Positions 8,617-16,280 of a DNA stretch of 16,280 nt are shown here, piece after piece (the stretch's first letter is position 1; each line of letters opens with the position of its first letter). Source of the DNA: an uncultured archaeon (lineage in GTDB: Archaea > Asgardarchaeota > Lokiarchaeia > Sigyniarchaeales > SOKP01); contig CAZWEM010000069.1 in the NCBI GenBank assembly GCA_964632315.1, forward strand, positions 1 to 16,280, read 5' to 3'. A model generated the notes under the pieces. The model was given only the letters and a program-made list of their open reading frames with translations, was not told the DNA's origin and did no database searches. Position numbers and translations under genes: made by a program.

Positions 8617-9225
8617 ATGAATGCTCAGAGTAATAGAATTTGCATTTGGAACGAGATTTCTCAATGTGAAAATTGTGAATTGCATGGAAAGTTGCACTGC
8701 CATTCATATTTTCAACATTCTTTATATTTCGGGTTAGCATATCTTGCGGGATTCATTCCAGGAGTTTTAGGGATTTTATTTTCTAAAATTTCCCTTTTGA
8801 TCTCTTTAAGTATTATAGGAGGGTGGGTCATCTTTGCAGTGCTTTTCTTTTGTGTATGGGAAAGTAAAGTGTTATGTAGCCATTGCCCTCATTATTCTAA
8901 TCCAGCACAAAAAGTTCTCCATTGTGGCATTAATAGTGGAATGTATAAAGTCACGAGATATAATCCCAATCCAATGAGTTCTGGGGAGAAATTCCAATTT
9001 CTTGTAGGTGCTTCAATATTACTTGGTTATTTTCTACCATTTTTATTCATATTAGAACAGTATCTTTACTTTCTCTTGACAATAGTAGGCATTATAATAT
9101 GGGTAGTTGTCATCCAAGTTAAACATTGTAAAGAATGTATCAATTTTTCATGCCCATTAAATCGCACTCCTGATGAATTAAAAATGAAATTCTTGCATAA
9201 AAATCCAGTAATAAATTCTCACTAA
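8617..9225 (+). CDS. Uncharacterised four-TM membrane protein with three Cys/His clusters (putative metal-binding)
   Basis: About 202 aa from ATG 8617 (ORF track starts at TTG 8605). N-terminal C-x6-CENC-x6-CH, two TM helices, loop CSHCPHY-x8-HC, two TM helices, C-terminal HCKECINFSCPLN. Confidence 0.85.
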   Translation: MNAQSNRICIWNEISQCENCELHGKLHCHSYFQHSLYFGLAYLAGFIPGVLGILFSKISLLISLSIIGGWVIFAVLFFCVWESKVLCSHCPHYSNPAQKVLHCGINSGMYKVTRYNPNPMSSGEKFQFLVGASILLGYFLPFLFILEQYLYFLLTIVGIIIWVVVIQVKHCKECINFSCPLNRTPDELKMKFLHKNPVINSH

Positions 9226-9382
9226 TGTTAAAAAAAGATTTAACTCAGCCATTTTCATATTATTACTTAAAAATAAAATCTAGGCATGAATTAATTGTCC
9301 ATTATTGGTAAATGCTATTTCTCATAAAGTTAAGTTTAAAATTATAGACTTTTTCATGTATTATGGGAAAGAAGTGATATTT

Positions 9383-9556
9383 ATGACCATATATGAAAAA
9401 CAAAAATATAGAAATAAATTAGAATTTCCTTATTATTATTGTGAAGATTTAAAAGATTGTATAAATAAAAATAACTTTATAGCAGAAACAAGGAAAAAGC
9501 TGAAGAGAAAAAAGCTAGAGGAATTTAAAAAGCAAACAAATGATGAGACAGCATAA
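9383..9556 (+). CDS. Putative small basic hypothetical protein (57 aa)
   Basis: ATG 9383 is preceded by SD-like GAAGTGAT and a TTTAAAA TATA-like box at 9335-41. Purine-rich coding-like composition. No recognisable domain. Confidence 0.45.
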   Translation: MTIYEKQKYRNKLEFPYYYCEDLKDCINKNNFIAETRKKLKRKKLEEFKKQTNDETA

Positions 9557-9730
9557 TTGTTGTTCATTATAGTATCGCATCTATTGTATTTTTGATCTCA
9601 ACTTGAGGATAAAAATTAGAATCTATTTATTATCACACCTATATTATTTGAATATAAGAATTTAATAAAGGGCACTATTATTAGTTGTTTAAATAGTCAA
9701 ATACAATGATTTTTGGTTGGTGTTTTTAAA

Positions 9731-10255
9731 TTGTCTAATTCGCGTCGTCGTTTTAAACTTTGCATTTTTGGTGACGGTGGTGTCGGTAAAACCACATTTA
9801 CACATCGATTTCTAAATAGGGTATTTGAAGAAGATTTAAAAATGACTATCGGTGCAGATTTCAGTGTTAAAAATGTCAATGTCGATGAAAAAGAAGTAAC
9901 TCTCCAAATTTGGGATTTTGCTGGAGAAGAGCGATACAAGATATTATTTCCGAGTTTTGTAAGAAATGCAGATGGAGGCATATTCATGTTTGATTTAACA
10001 AGGTATTTTAGCTTGAAAAAAATTGATGAATGGCTTTCATTTTTTCGAGAAGAAATGAAATTTTCTAACAAACAGATCCCAATAATAATGGTTGGTAGTA
10101 AGTTAGATTTGGAAGAAAAGAGATCTGTGGATGTGGAAGAAACAATGGAATTGGCTAAATCAAAGAGCTTACAAGGTTATTTTGAATGTTCTTCAAAAAC
10201 AGGGGAAAATGTAGATAATATTTTTGGGACGATTACACGATTGATGTTACAATAA
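9731..10255 (+). CDS. Rab-like small GTPase (Ras superfamily, Asgard type)
   Basis: G1 GDGGVGKT, G2/RabF1 TIGADF, G3 LQIWDFAGEERY, G4 VGSKLD, G5 ECSSK. No C-terminal Cys prenylation motif. Likely start is TTG 9731 (GGTG upstream); the ORF track gives TTG 9713. Confidence 0.95.
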   Translation: MSNSRRRFKLCIFGDGGVGKTTFTHRFLNRVFEEDLKMTIGADFSVKNVNVDEKEVTLQIWDFAGEERYKILFPSFVRNADGGIFMFDLTRYFSLKKIDEWLSFFREEMKFSNKQIPIIMVGSKLDLEEKRSVDVEETMELAKSKSLQGYFECSSKTGENVDNIFGTITRLMLQ

Positions 10256-10265
10256 ATACCGTGAG

Positions 10266-11927
10266 CTAGTTCACTTTATCAAATCGTAAATGTTTCAAAA
10301 CCGGATACTTTCTTCCAATTCCGAATGCGCTCTCACTCACTCTAATCGTTTGCACTAATTGCCGTCTTTTATATTCCGAATTTAAATACAGTCGTTTTAC
10401 CTTGTTAATAGTTTCCTTTCCCACTTTTTTCTCGAGTGTTTGTTCTAGATTCGATCCAATTCCGTTTTGTATGATTTCTTTCAGTATTTCATCAAGGATC
10501 TCATAAGGGGGCAAAGAATCACTATCTTTTTGGTTTTCTCGCAATTCCGCAGTAGGAGGTCTAGTAATTATGCCCTGAGGAATGATTTCTTTTTCTCTAT
10601 TTATCCAATCTACAAGCTGATATATCTGAGTCTTTAATAAATCTCCTGGAACATTTTTTCCTCCATCCGTATCTCCATATAAGGTACAATAGCCAACACC
10701 AATTTCAGATTTATTTCCAGTTGATACTAATAACCAATTGTATTTATTTGAATAGTACATTAAAAGTGTCGCTCTTATTCTAGCTTGTAAATTTTCATCT
10801 GCAATATCAAACTCAACGGGACCCATATTTTCAGAAATATTTTTCCTGTAATTTTCAAAGAGGGAGTCAATATGGTGAATTCCATACTTGATACCAACTG
10901 TATCACATAAATTTTTCGCTAAATCAACACTTTCTTTAGATGTAAACCTCGTTGGCATCATTATAGCATTGACTTTTTCAGCTCCTATTGCTTGCGCGCA
11001 GATATAAGCGGTGAATGCAGAATCTATTCCTCCACTTAACCCAAGTACAATACCCTCAAAAATGTTACTTTTAGTAAAATAATCCTGTAGGTTCAATGAT
11101 AAAGCATTTATAACATCCTTTCTCCAGTTAGGTTCAAACTCAATAATATTATTGGTTTTATGGTTTTCTATCGATAAATCATATTCAAAGATATCTTCTT
11201 TAAAAGCCTTCATTAATGCAACTACATTACCATCTTGATTACTTATGAAACTTTGACCATCATAAACAATTTCATCTAAACCTCCTATCATGTTCAAATA
11301 GATTAGTGGGACCGAAAATTGTTTTGCTTTTGTGGTTACTAATTTCTCCCGTATTTCGAATTTTCCGATATGGTAGGGAGACGCATTAATGCAAATTAAT
11401 AATTTTGCTCCATTTTCAACGAGATTCTGAGCCACTTTCACATCATAATTCTCATCCCAAAGATCTTCACAGATTAGGATTCCAGTTTCAACACCATGAA
11501 TGTAAGAAGTTTCATAACCATTACCAAACGCAAAGTATCTTCTTTCATTAAAGATATCATAATCTGGTAATAATCGTTTGTGGATAATTTCTTTAATTTC
11601 TCCATCTTGAATCAACAATGCAGAATTGTAAAAAGGATGTACTTTTTCTTTAATCTCCGAACTTTCAGTAAAAGTTCCCAAAATGATCGATGCTCGTGAG
11701 TTAATGCTTCTAATCTTTTCGATTGCTTCTTTGTTTTGTCTTTGTATGAGAGGATCATGAATGTGATCCATTAACGGGTATCCTGTTAAAGCCATTTCTG
11801 GAAATATGATTAAATCAGCATTTTGGTGATTCTCAATTATTTTATAAATTTTATTTGTATTGTATTCTATATCTCCTACAATAGGATTGATCTGACCAAG
11901 AACTACTTTTAGCTCTTTATCACTCAT
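10266..11927 (-). CDS. nadE: Glutamine-dependent NAD+ synthetase
   Basis: N-terminal nitrilase-fold glutaminase with an intact E-K-C triad (FPE, HKRLLPDY, ICEDLW). Synthetase domain with SGGIDS, ENLQARIR, STGNKSE, GYCTLYGD, PPTAELR, DSLPPY and SEYKRRQ. Likely ATG at 11927; the ORF track starts at TTG 11939. Confidence 0.97.
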   Translation of the reverse strand: MSDKELKVVLGQINPIVGDIEYNTNKIYKIIENHQNADLIIFPEMALTGYPLMDHIHDPLIQRQNKEAIEKIRSINSRASIILGTFTESSEIKEKVHPFYNSALLIQDGEIKEIIHKRLLPDYDIFNERRYFAFGNGYETSYIHGVETGILICEDLWDENYDVKVAQNLVENGAKLLICINASPYHIGKFEIREKLVTTKAKQFSVPLIYLNMIGGLDEIVYDGQSFISNQDGNVVALMKAFKEDIFEYDLSIENHKTNNIIEFEPNWRKDVINALSLNLQDYFTKSNIFEGIVLGLSGGIDSAFTAYICAQAIGAEKVNAIMMPTRFTSKESVDLAKNLCDTVGIKYGIHHIDSLFENYRKNISENMGPVEFDIADENLQARIRATLLMYYSNKYNWLLVSTGNKSEIGVGYCTLYGDTDGGKNVPGDLLKTQIYQLVDWINREKEIIPQGIITRPPTAELRENQKDSDSLPPYEILDEILKEIIQNGIGSNLEQTLEKKVGKETINKVKRLYLNSEYKRRQLVQTIRVSESAFGIGRKYPVLKHLRFDKVN

Positions 11928-12009
11928 TTTTATACCCAAAATTAGTCAATTTTAATATAATTTAAGTAATTTAATTTTTACTTTATTCTTTTTGGATGAT
12001 TTCATATTA

Positions 12010-12031
12010 CCCAAAAAATTTATAATATAAA
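12010..12031 (+). promoter_or_regulatory. Putative BRE/TATA promoter of the ABC exporter operon
   Basis: CCAAAAAA followed by TTTATAATATAAA in the divergent nadE/ABC intergenic region, with SD GGAG just before TTG 12125. Confidence 0.45.
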
Positions 12032-12124
12032 GCTAAAAAGTCTATAAGTATATTTTTTTTACTTTATTAATATTCAAAAAATGCGTTCAAGAATAAAAAA
12101 AATAAAATGATTGGAGTTCTTTAA

Positions 12125-13960
12125 TTGCCGAAAACTGCTAATTTTAAGGAAATGAGCCAGATTTTAGAATTTTCTCCCGGAAAAGATCATTTTGAAAAAG
12201 CACGGAAAAAAGGGGTAACAAGATGGATTTTTTCCCACATTTTTTTTGGGACTAATAAGATCTTTATCTTCTCAGTTCTAATTACTACGGTAGTTACCTC
12301 AATTTTAGCCTCATTTATTTCTGTCTCTATAGGAAATGCTGTCAATCAATTTATAAATGCAAATGCTGCAAGTCTTATTTCTTATACAATATTAATTCTA
12401 ATTCTTGGATTAACGACACCTATTCTAAGGCTTCTAAATTACTTTTTAAGAGAAGTATTAGCCCAAAGACTTGAGCGAGACACAAGAAAGGAGTTTTACG
12501 GTATTTTATTAGGAAAAAGCCAATCGTTTCATGACAAGCAACAAATTGGAGATCTCATGGCAAGAGCTACAGATGATGTAAGAATGCTGAATTTCATGAT
12601 TAGTCCTGCTGTATCTCTTATTTTTGAATCCTTTACTTCTTTAGTTATTCCTGTAATTTTTATTTTGCTCTTTTATCCCGTACAATTAGTTATCGAACCT
12701 CTTATTTTTACTGGCTTGTTTTTAATCTCATTACGCAGATATAATCGAAAACTCGGACCAGTAACTGGAGATTTAAGAATGAATTTCGGCATGATTAATG
12801 CCTCTTTAAATGAAGCTCTTTCTGGTATTGAAGTAGTGAAAGGATCAACCCAGGAAGCACATGAGCTTGATAAATATTTATCATTTGCAAAAAAATATAG
12901 AGATGCCTATGTGAGGCAAGGAAGAATCCAAGCAAAATACATGCCTGTTTTATTTTTGGGATTGCTAATAACCATCGGGCTAGCACATACGTTAATCTTA
13001 TTTAACCTTGGATTTGTAACCATTGGACAAATAATTTCTTATCTCGGGTTATTAGATCTATTATATTTCTCCACATTTATCTCAATTTTCGTGTTTGCTA
13101 CAATAAAGTTAGCAGGGAGTAGTGCGAAAAGATTGCTTGAATTGATGAATGCTGTTACTGAAATTGATGAAAATCCAAAAGGGATTCATAAGGATATACT
13201 CGGTTCTATTAGATTTGAGAATGTTTCTTTTTATTATCCTGGAACTACTAATTATGTAATAAGAAATATCACGTTTGAAGTTAAACCGGGTCAAACCGTA
13301 GCTATAGTAGGAACAACCGGTTCTGGTAAAACAACACTTACAAAATTAATTTCAAGATTGTATGATGTAACGGAAGGTGAGATCCTAGTTGATGATCATG
13401 ATATTCGTGATTATGCCTTAAAGTCTTTAAGATCCCAGATTTCTTACATCGAACAAGATGTTTTCTTATTTTCTTTTTCAGTATTTGAAAATATCTCTTT
13501 TGGACGAATTAGTTCAAAACAAAAGGTAATTGAAGCAGCAAAACAGGCTCAAGCAGATGAGTTCATAAAGCGATTACCGGAAGGTTATGATTCTAAAATT
13601 GGAGAAAGGGGGGTCCTATTGAGTGGTGGTGAAAGACAAAGAATAGCAATTGCACGTGCTTTCTTAACAGATCCTAAAATTCTAATTTTAGATGACTCTA
13701 CTTCGGCAATTGATTCAAATACGGAAGATAAGATACAGTATGCGATTAAAAATATTTTACATAATCGGACAACCTTTTTAATTACTCACAGATTGAGCCA
13801 AATAAGATGGGCGGATTTGATTATTGTATTAAAGGACGGTAAGATTGAAGCCAAAGGATCTCATCAAGAACTCTTACGGAGCTCAGAAGAATATAGAAAA
13901 ATTTTCGTAAAGAAATTTGATCTTGATGAACAAGAACTATTAGAAGGAGGGGTGGTCTAA
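12125..13960 (+). CDS. Heterodimeric ABC exporter subunit 1 (TMD-NBD fusion, MdlA/TM287-like)
   Basis: TMD with IGDLMARATDDV. Walker A GTTGSGKT, signature LSGGERQR, degenerate Walker B ILILDD (catalytic Glu replaced by Asp), H-loop ITHRLS. Confidence 0.94.
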   Translation: MPKTANFKEMSQILEFSPGKDHFEKARKKGVTRWIFSHIFFGTNKIFIFSVLITTVVTSILASFISVSIGNAVNQFINANAASLISYTILILILGLTTPILRLLNYFLREVLAQRLERDTRKEFYGILLGKSQSFHDKQQIGDLMARATDDVRMLNFMISPAVSLIFESFTSLVIPVIFILLFYPVQLVIEPLIFTGLFLISLRRYNRKLGPVTGDLRMNFGMINASLNEALSGIEVVKGSTQEAHELDKYLSFAKKYRDAYVRQGRIQAKYMPVLFLGLLITIGLAHTLILFNLGFVTIGQIISYLGLLDLLYFSTFISIFVFATIKLAGSSAKRLLELMNAVTEIDENPKGIHKDILGSIRFENVSFYYPGTTNYVIRNITFEVKPGQTVAIVGTTGSGKTTLTKLISRLYDVTEGEILVDDHDIRDYALKSLRSQISYIEQDVFLFSFSVFENISFGRISSKQKVIEAAKQAQADEFIKRLPEGYDSKIGERGVLLSGGERQRIAIARAFLTDPKILILDDSTSAIDSNTEDKIQYAIKNILHNRTTFLITHRLSQIRWADLIIVLKDGKIEAKGSHQELLRSSEEYRKIFVKKFDLDEQELLEGGVV

Positions 13961-13961
13961 G

Positions 13962-15770
13962 GTGTGGGTCGGCTTGGAGGCAGAAGAATACGACAGAGAA
14001 TTTCGTGATAGGGCCTTATTGAAGAGAATTTTTGAGTATTTCACGCCCTACAGAAAATACATGATCATTGTTATAACCCTCCTTATTCTCTCTTCTCTCT
14101 CAAACGCTTTTGTTCCGTTAATTACCTCAATATCTATAAACATCTTAGCCGTTAATCCTAGTTTGGTAAACTTTATAATTTTAATTGGATTGATATTTAT
14201 TTTAAACATTCTCACTTACGTATTCAATTATTTTAGATATATCTATGCGGCAAAAGCCATAGGAAATGTTACATTAGATTTAAGAGAGAGTGCAACCAAA
14301 TCTGTTTTAGAACATGATCTTTCCTTTTTCGATAAAAATCCTGTTGGGAAGATTGTAAGTAGAATTAATACAGATAGTCGAGATTTTGCTCAAACTGTGG
14401 ATTTAACCGTTGAAGTGGCATCAAATTTCATCGTAATGATAATTTTAATCATTTTATTATTTATAATTAACACAATTCTCACCTTAGCAATTTTGATCAT
14501 GATTCCTATTTTCTTCTTAATTGCATTAATCTATCGTAGGTTTGCCCGGAAAATGACCCTTTATGGCCAAAGGGCGTTAGCTACTGTAAATGCGTTCGTG
14601 AAAGAGACCTTTACGGGAATACAAATAGCTAAAACTTTTAGACAAGAACCTAAATTATATGACCAATTTCATGATGTAAATACGCAGTCATACAAAGTAA
14701 ATTTGAGAAGAGCGCTTATTTTGAATGCTATATTCCCGACGTTATCAATAATACAAGGTATTGTTCTTACTATTATTGTCTATTATGGAGGTAATTTTCT
14801 AATTTTAGGTACTTTTAATGCGGGTGAATTCAACTTCTTTTTCCAAAGTTTATCGTTTCTCTTTTTCCCGTTACTCACCATAGCTTCCTTTTGGCCGCAG
14901 TTTCAATCCGGTTTAGCAGCTTCAGAGAGGATATTTTCAATAATAGATACACCCCCAATAGTTGTTCAAAATGACAACATCATCCCAGCAAAATTGCGAG
15001 GTGAAATAGAATTTAAAAACTTAATTTTTCAATATGATGATAGTAAAAGGGTTTTCGATAATTTTTCACTGAAAATACACCCCGGCGAAACAATTGCTCT
15101 TGTAGGACACACTGGTGCTGGAAAGTCAAGTATAGCAAACCTAATAGCCAGATTCTATGAATTTCAAGGGGGAGACATTTTAGTTGACGGAATAAGCATC
15201 CGTAATTATGATTTAAAAAAGTACCGTGAACAAATTGGACTTATCCCTCAGACTCCTTTCTTATGGTCAGATACTGTTGAAAATAACATTAGTTATGGTT
15301 GCAGTTCCGTTACGTGTGATGATGTAACTGCAGCTTTAGATAGAACTGGAGGATCCAATTGGGTCAATAGTTTATCTGAAGGATTACAAACCAATGTAGG
15401 AGAGCGAGGAGCATTACTCTCTATGGGACAGAGACAACTTGTTGTATTTGCTCGTGTATTGCTCCAAGATCCATCCATTTTAATCTTGGATGAAGCAACC
15501 GCTTCAGTAGACCCTTTTACAGAGACCAAAATTCAAGACGCTATGGAAAAAACAATGGAGGGAAGAACCTCAATAGTAATAGCACATCGACTATGGACTG
15601 TGAGACATGTAAACCGAATTATAGTTTTAGATCATGGAAGAATAGTTGAAGAAGGTAGTCATGATGATCTCATGAAGCAAGGAGGGAAATACGCTCAGCT
15701 TTATGATACTTACTTTAGACATCAATCATTGAAGTATATCGAAGAAATGGGAGTACCAAAAACTGTTTAG
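13962..15770 (+). CDS. Heterodimeric ABC exporter subunit 2 (TMD-NBD fusion, MdlB/TM288-like)
   Basis: GTG start 1 nt after the partner's stop, with SD GGAGGGGTGG. Walker A GHTGAGKS, degenerate signature LSMGQRQL, canonical Walker B ILILDEATASVD, IAHRL. Confidence 0.94.
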   Translation: MWVGLEAEEYDREFRDRALLKRIFEYFTPYRKYMIIVITLLILSSLSNAFVPLITSISINILAVNPSLVNFIILIGLIFILNILTYVFNYFRYIYAAKAIGNVTLDLRESATKSVLEHDLSFFDKNPVGKIVSRINTDSRDFAQTVDLTVEVASNFIVMIILIILLFIINTILTLAILIMIPIFFLIALIYRRFARKMTLYGQRALATVNAFVKETFTGIQIAKTFRQEPKLYDQFHDVNTQSYKVNLRRALILNAIFPTLSIIQGIVLTIIVYYGGNFLILGTFNAGEFNFFFQSLSFLFFPLLTIASFWPQFQSGLAASERIFSIIDTPPIVVQNDNIIPAKLRGEIEFKNLIFQYDDSKRVFDNFSLKIHPGETIALVGHTGAGKSSIANLIARFYEFQGGDILVDGISIRNYDLKKYREQIGLIPQTPFLWSDTVENNISYGCSSVTCDDVTAALDRTGGSNWVNSLSEGLQTNVGERGALLSMGQRQLVVFARVLLQDPSILILDEATASVDPFTETKIQDAMEKTMEGRTSIVIAHRLWTVRHVNRIIVLDHGRIVEEGSHDDLMKQGGKYAQLYDTYFRHQSLKYIEEMGVPKTV

Positions 15771-15837
15771 ATCTGCTTCAGTGGATTAGTTTATCCAATC
15801 CAGATAACAATATAAACTCAGAATGAATATAAATATT

Positions 15838-16280
15838 ATGTCAAAGTCATCAAATAATGCATCTAAAAAAGTCTTGTCAGCAAAAAAATCTGAAGAACTA
15901 CTCAGAGCGTTGAAAGCTCGTTTTAAGAAAAATATGAACCGCCACAAAACTCTTGAATGGATTAAAATTCAAGCAAAATTTGAAGCTAATGTAGGAAAAC
16001 TATGGTCACTCAATGAAATGGAAAGAACTGGTGGTGAACCAGATGTTATTGGTTATGATAAAAAGAAGAGTGAATACATATTTTATGATTGTTCAGAGCA
16101 AAGTCCTAAAGGTCGCAGAAATGTTTGTTACGATCGCGAAGGTCAGGAAGAGAGAGAAAAGAAAGGGGTGCATCCAGAAGGTAACGCTATCCAGATGTCA
16201 GCTAATATGGGCATTGAAATTTTAACGGAAGAACAATATCGGGAGTTGCAGAAACTTGGAAATTTCGATACAAAAACGTC
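15838..16280 (+). CDS. DUF4256-like protein (3'-truncated by window edge; absent from ORF track)
   Basis: Manual translation is open to the window end: MSKSSNNASKKVLSAKKSEELLRALKARFKKNMNRHKTLEW...KLWSLNEMERTGGEPDVIGYD...FYDCSEQSPKGRRNVCYDREG...MGIEILTEEQYRELQKLGNFDTKT. I recognise these motifs as DUF4256 from memory. An alternative in-frame ATG lies at 15823. Confidence 0.85.
   Translation, partial: MSKSSNNASKKVLSAKKSEELLRALKARFKKNMNRHKTLEWIKIQAKFEANVGKLWSLNEMERTGGEPDVIGYDKKKSEYIFYDCSEQSPKGRRNVCYDREGQEEREKKGVHPEGNAIQMSANMGIEILTEEQYRELQKLGNFDTKT

Noticed and set aside
8869-8895. CSHCPH as a heme c binding motif
   Set aside because: The motif is CxxCxH, not CxxCH, and is probably cytoplasmic. 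Zn or Fe-S ligation is more plausible.
9305-9382. N-terminal extension of the 83-aa ORF from TTG 9305
   Set aside because: This stretch contains TATA-like and SD-like elements, so ATG 9383 is the more plausible start.
9540-9610. ATGATGA box C-like motif suggesting a C/D box sRNA or SECIS-like kink-turn
   Set aside because: No CTGA box D at a suitable distance, no convincing stem, and it lies within the end of the small ORF.
9697-10071. 124-aa minus-strand ORF
   Set aside because: Antisense shadow of the Rab-like GTPase.
12795-15529. Minus-strand ORFs 12795..12986, 13109..13294 and 15293..15529
   Set aside because: Antisense shadows of the ABC exporter genes.
16013-16225. 70-aa plus-strand ORF in the track
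   Set aside because: Out-of-frame overlap with the DUF4256-like CDS that starts at about 15838.
1-16280. Selenocysteine or other stop-codon readthrough; CRISPR arrays, tRNA/rRNA, transposases
   Set aside because: The TGA-ending genes (carB, pstB, phoU) stop at their expected C-termini. By eye I saw no repeat-spacer arrays, cloverleaf structures, GC-rich RNA islands or transposase/integrase motifs.

Overview
AT-rich (roughly one-third GC by eye), gene-dense archaeal chromosomal segment, most likely from an Asgard archaeon (Lokiarchaeia/Promethearchaeota-like). The assignment rests on a Rab-like small GTPase with the WDFAGEER G3 variant and no prenylation tail, GAGGTGA-type Shine-Dalgarno sites, BRE/TATA-like promoters, frequent TTG/GTG starts and an archaeal AbrB-PhoU fusion. 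Contents in order: the 3' part of carB (closely resembling the eukaryotic CAD/CPS synthetase domain), a stand-alone Lrp/AsnC (RAM) ligand-binding domain gene, an AbrB-PhoU regulator divergent from a complete pstSCAB-phoU phosphate uptake operon (the shared promoter region holds ~10-bp-phased AT boxes and a perfect 14-bp palindrome), a Cys/His-rich four-TM membrane protein of unknown function, a possible 57-aa basic protein, the Rab-like GTPase, glutamine-dependent nadE, a heterodimeric ABC exporter pair, and the 5' part of a DUF4256-like gene missing from the ORF track. I found no mobile element, CRISPR array or structural RNA. The best leads for undescribed biology are the PhoBR-independent phosphate regulatory module and the metal-binding membrane protein / small protein / Rab-like GTPase cluster. 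Both are hypotheses that need testing.
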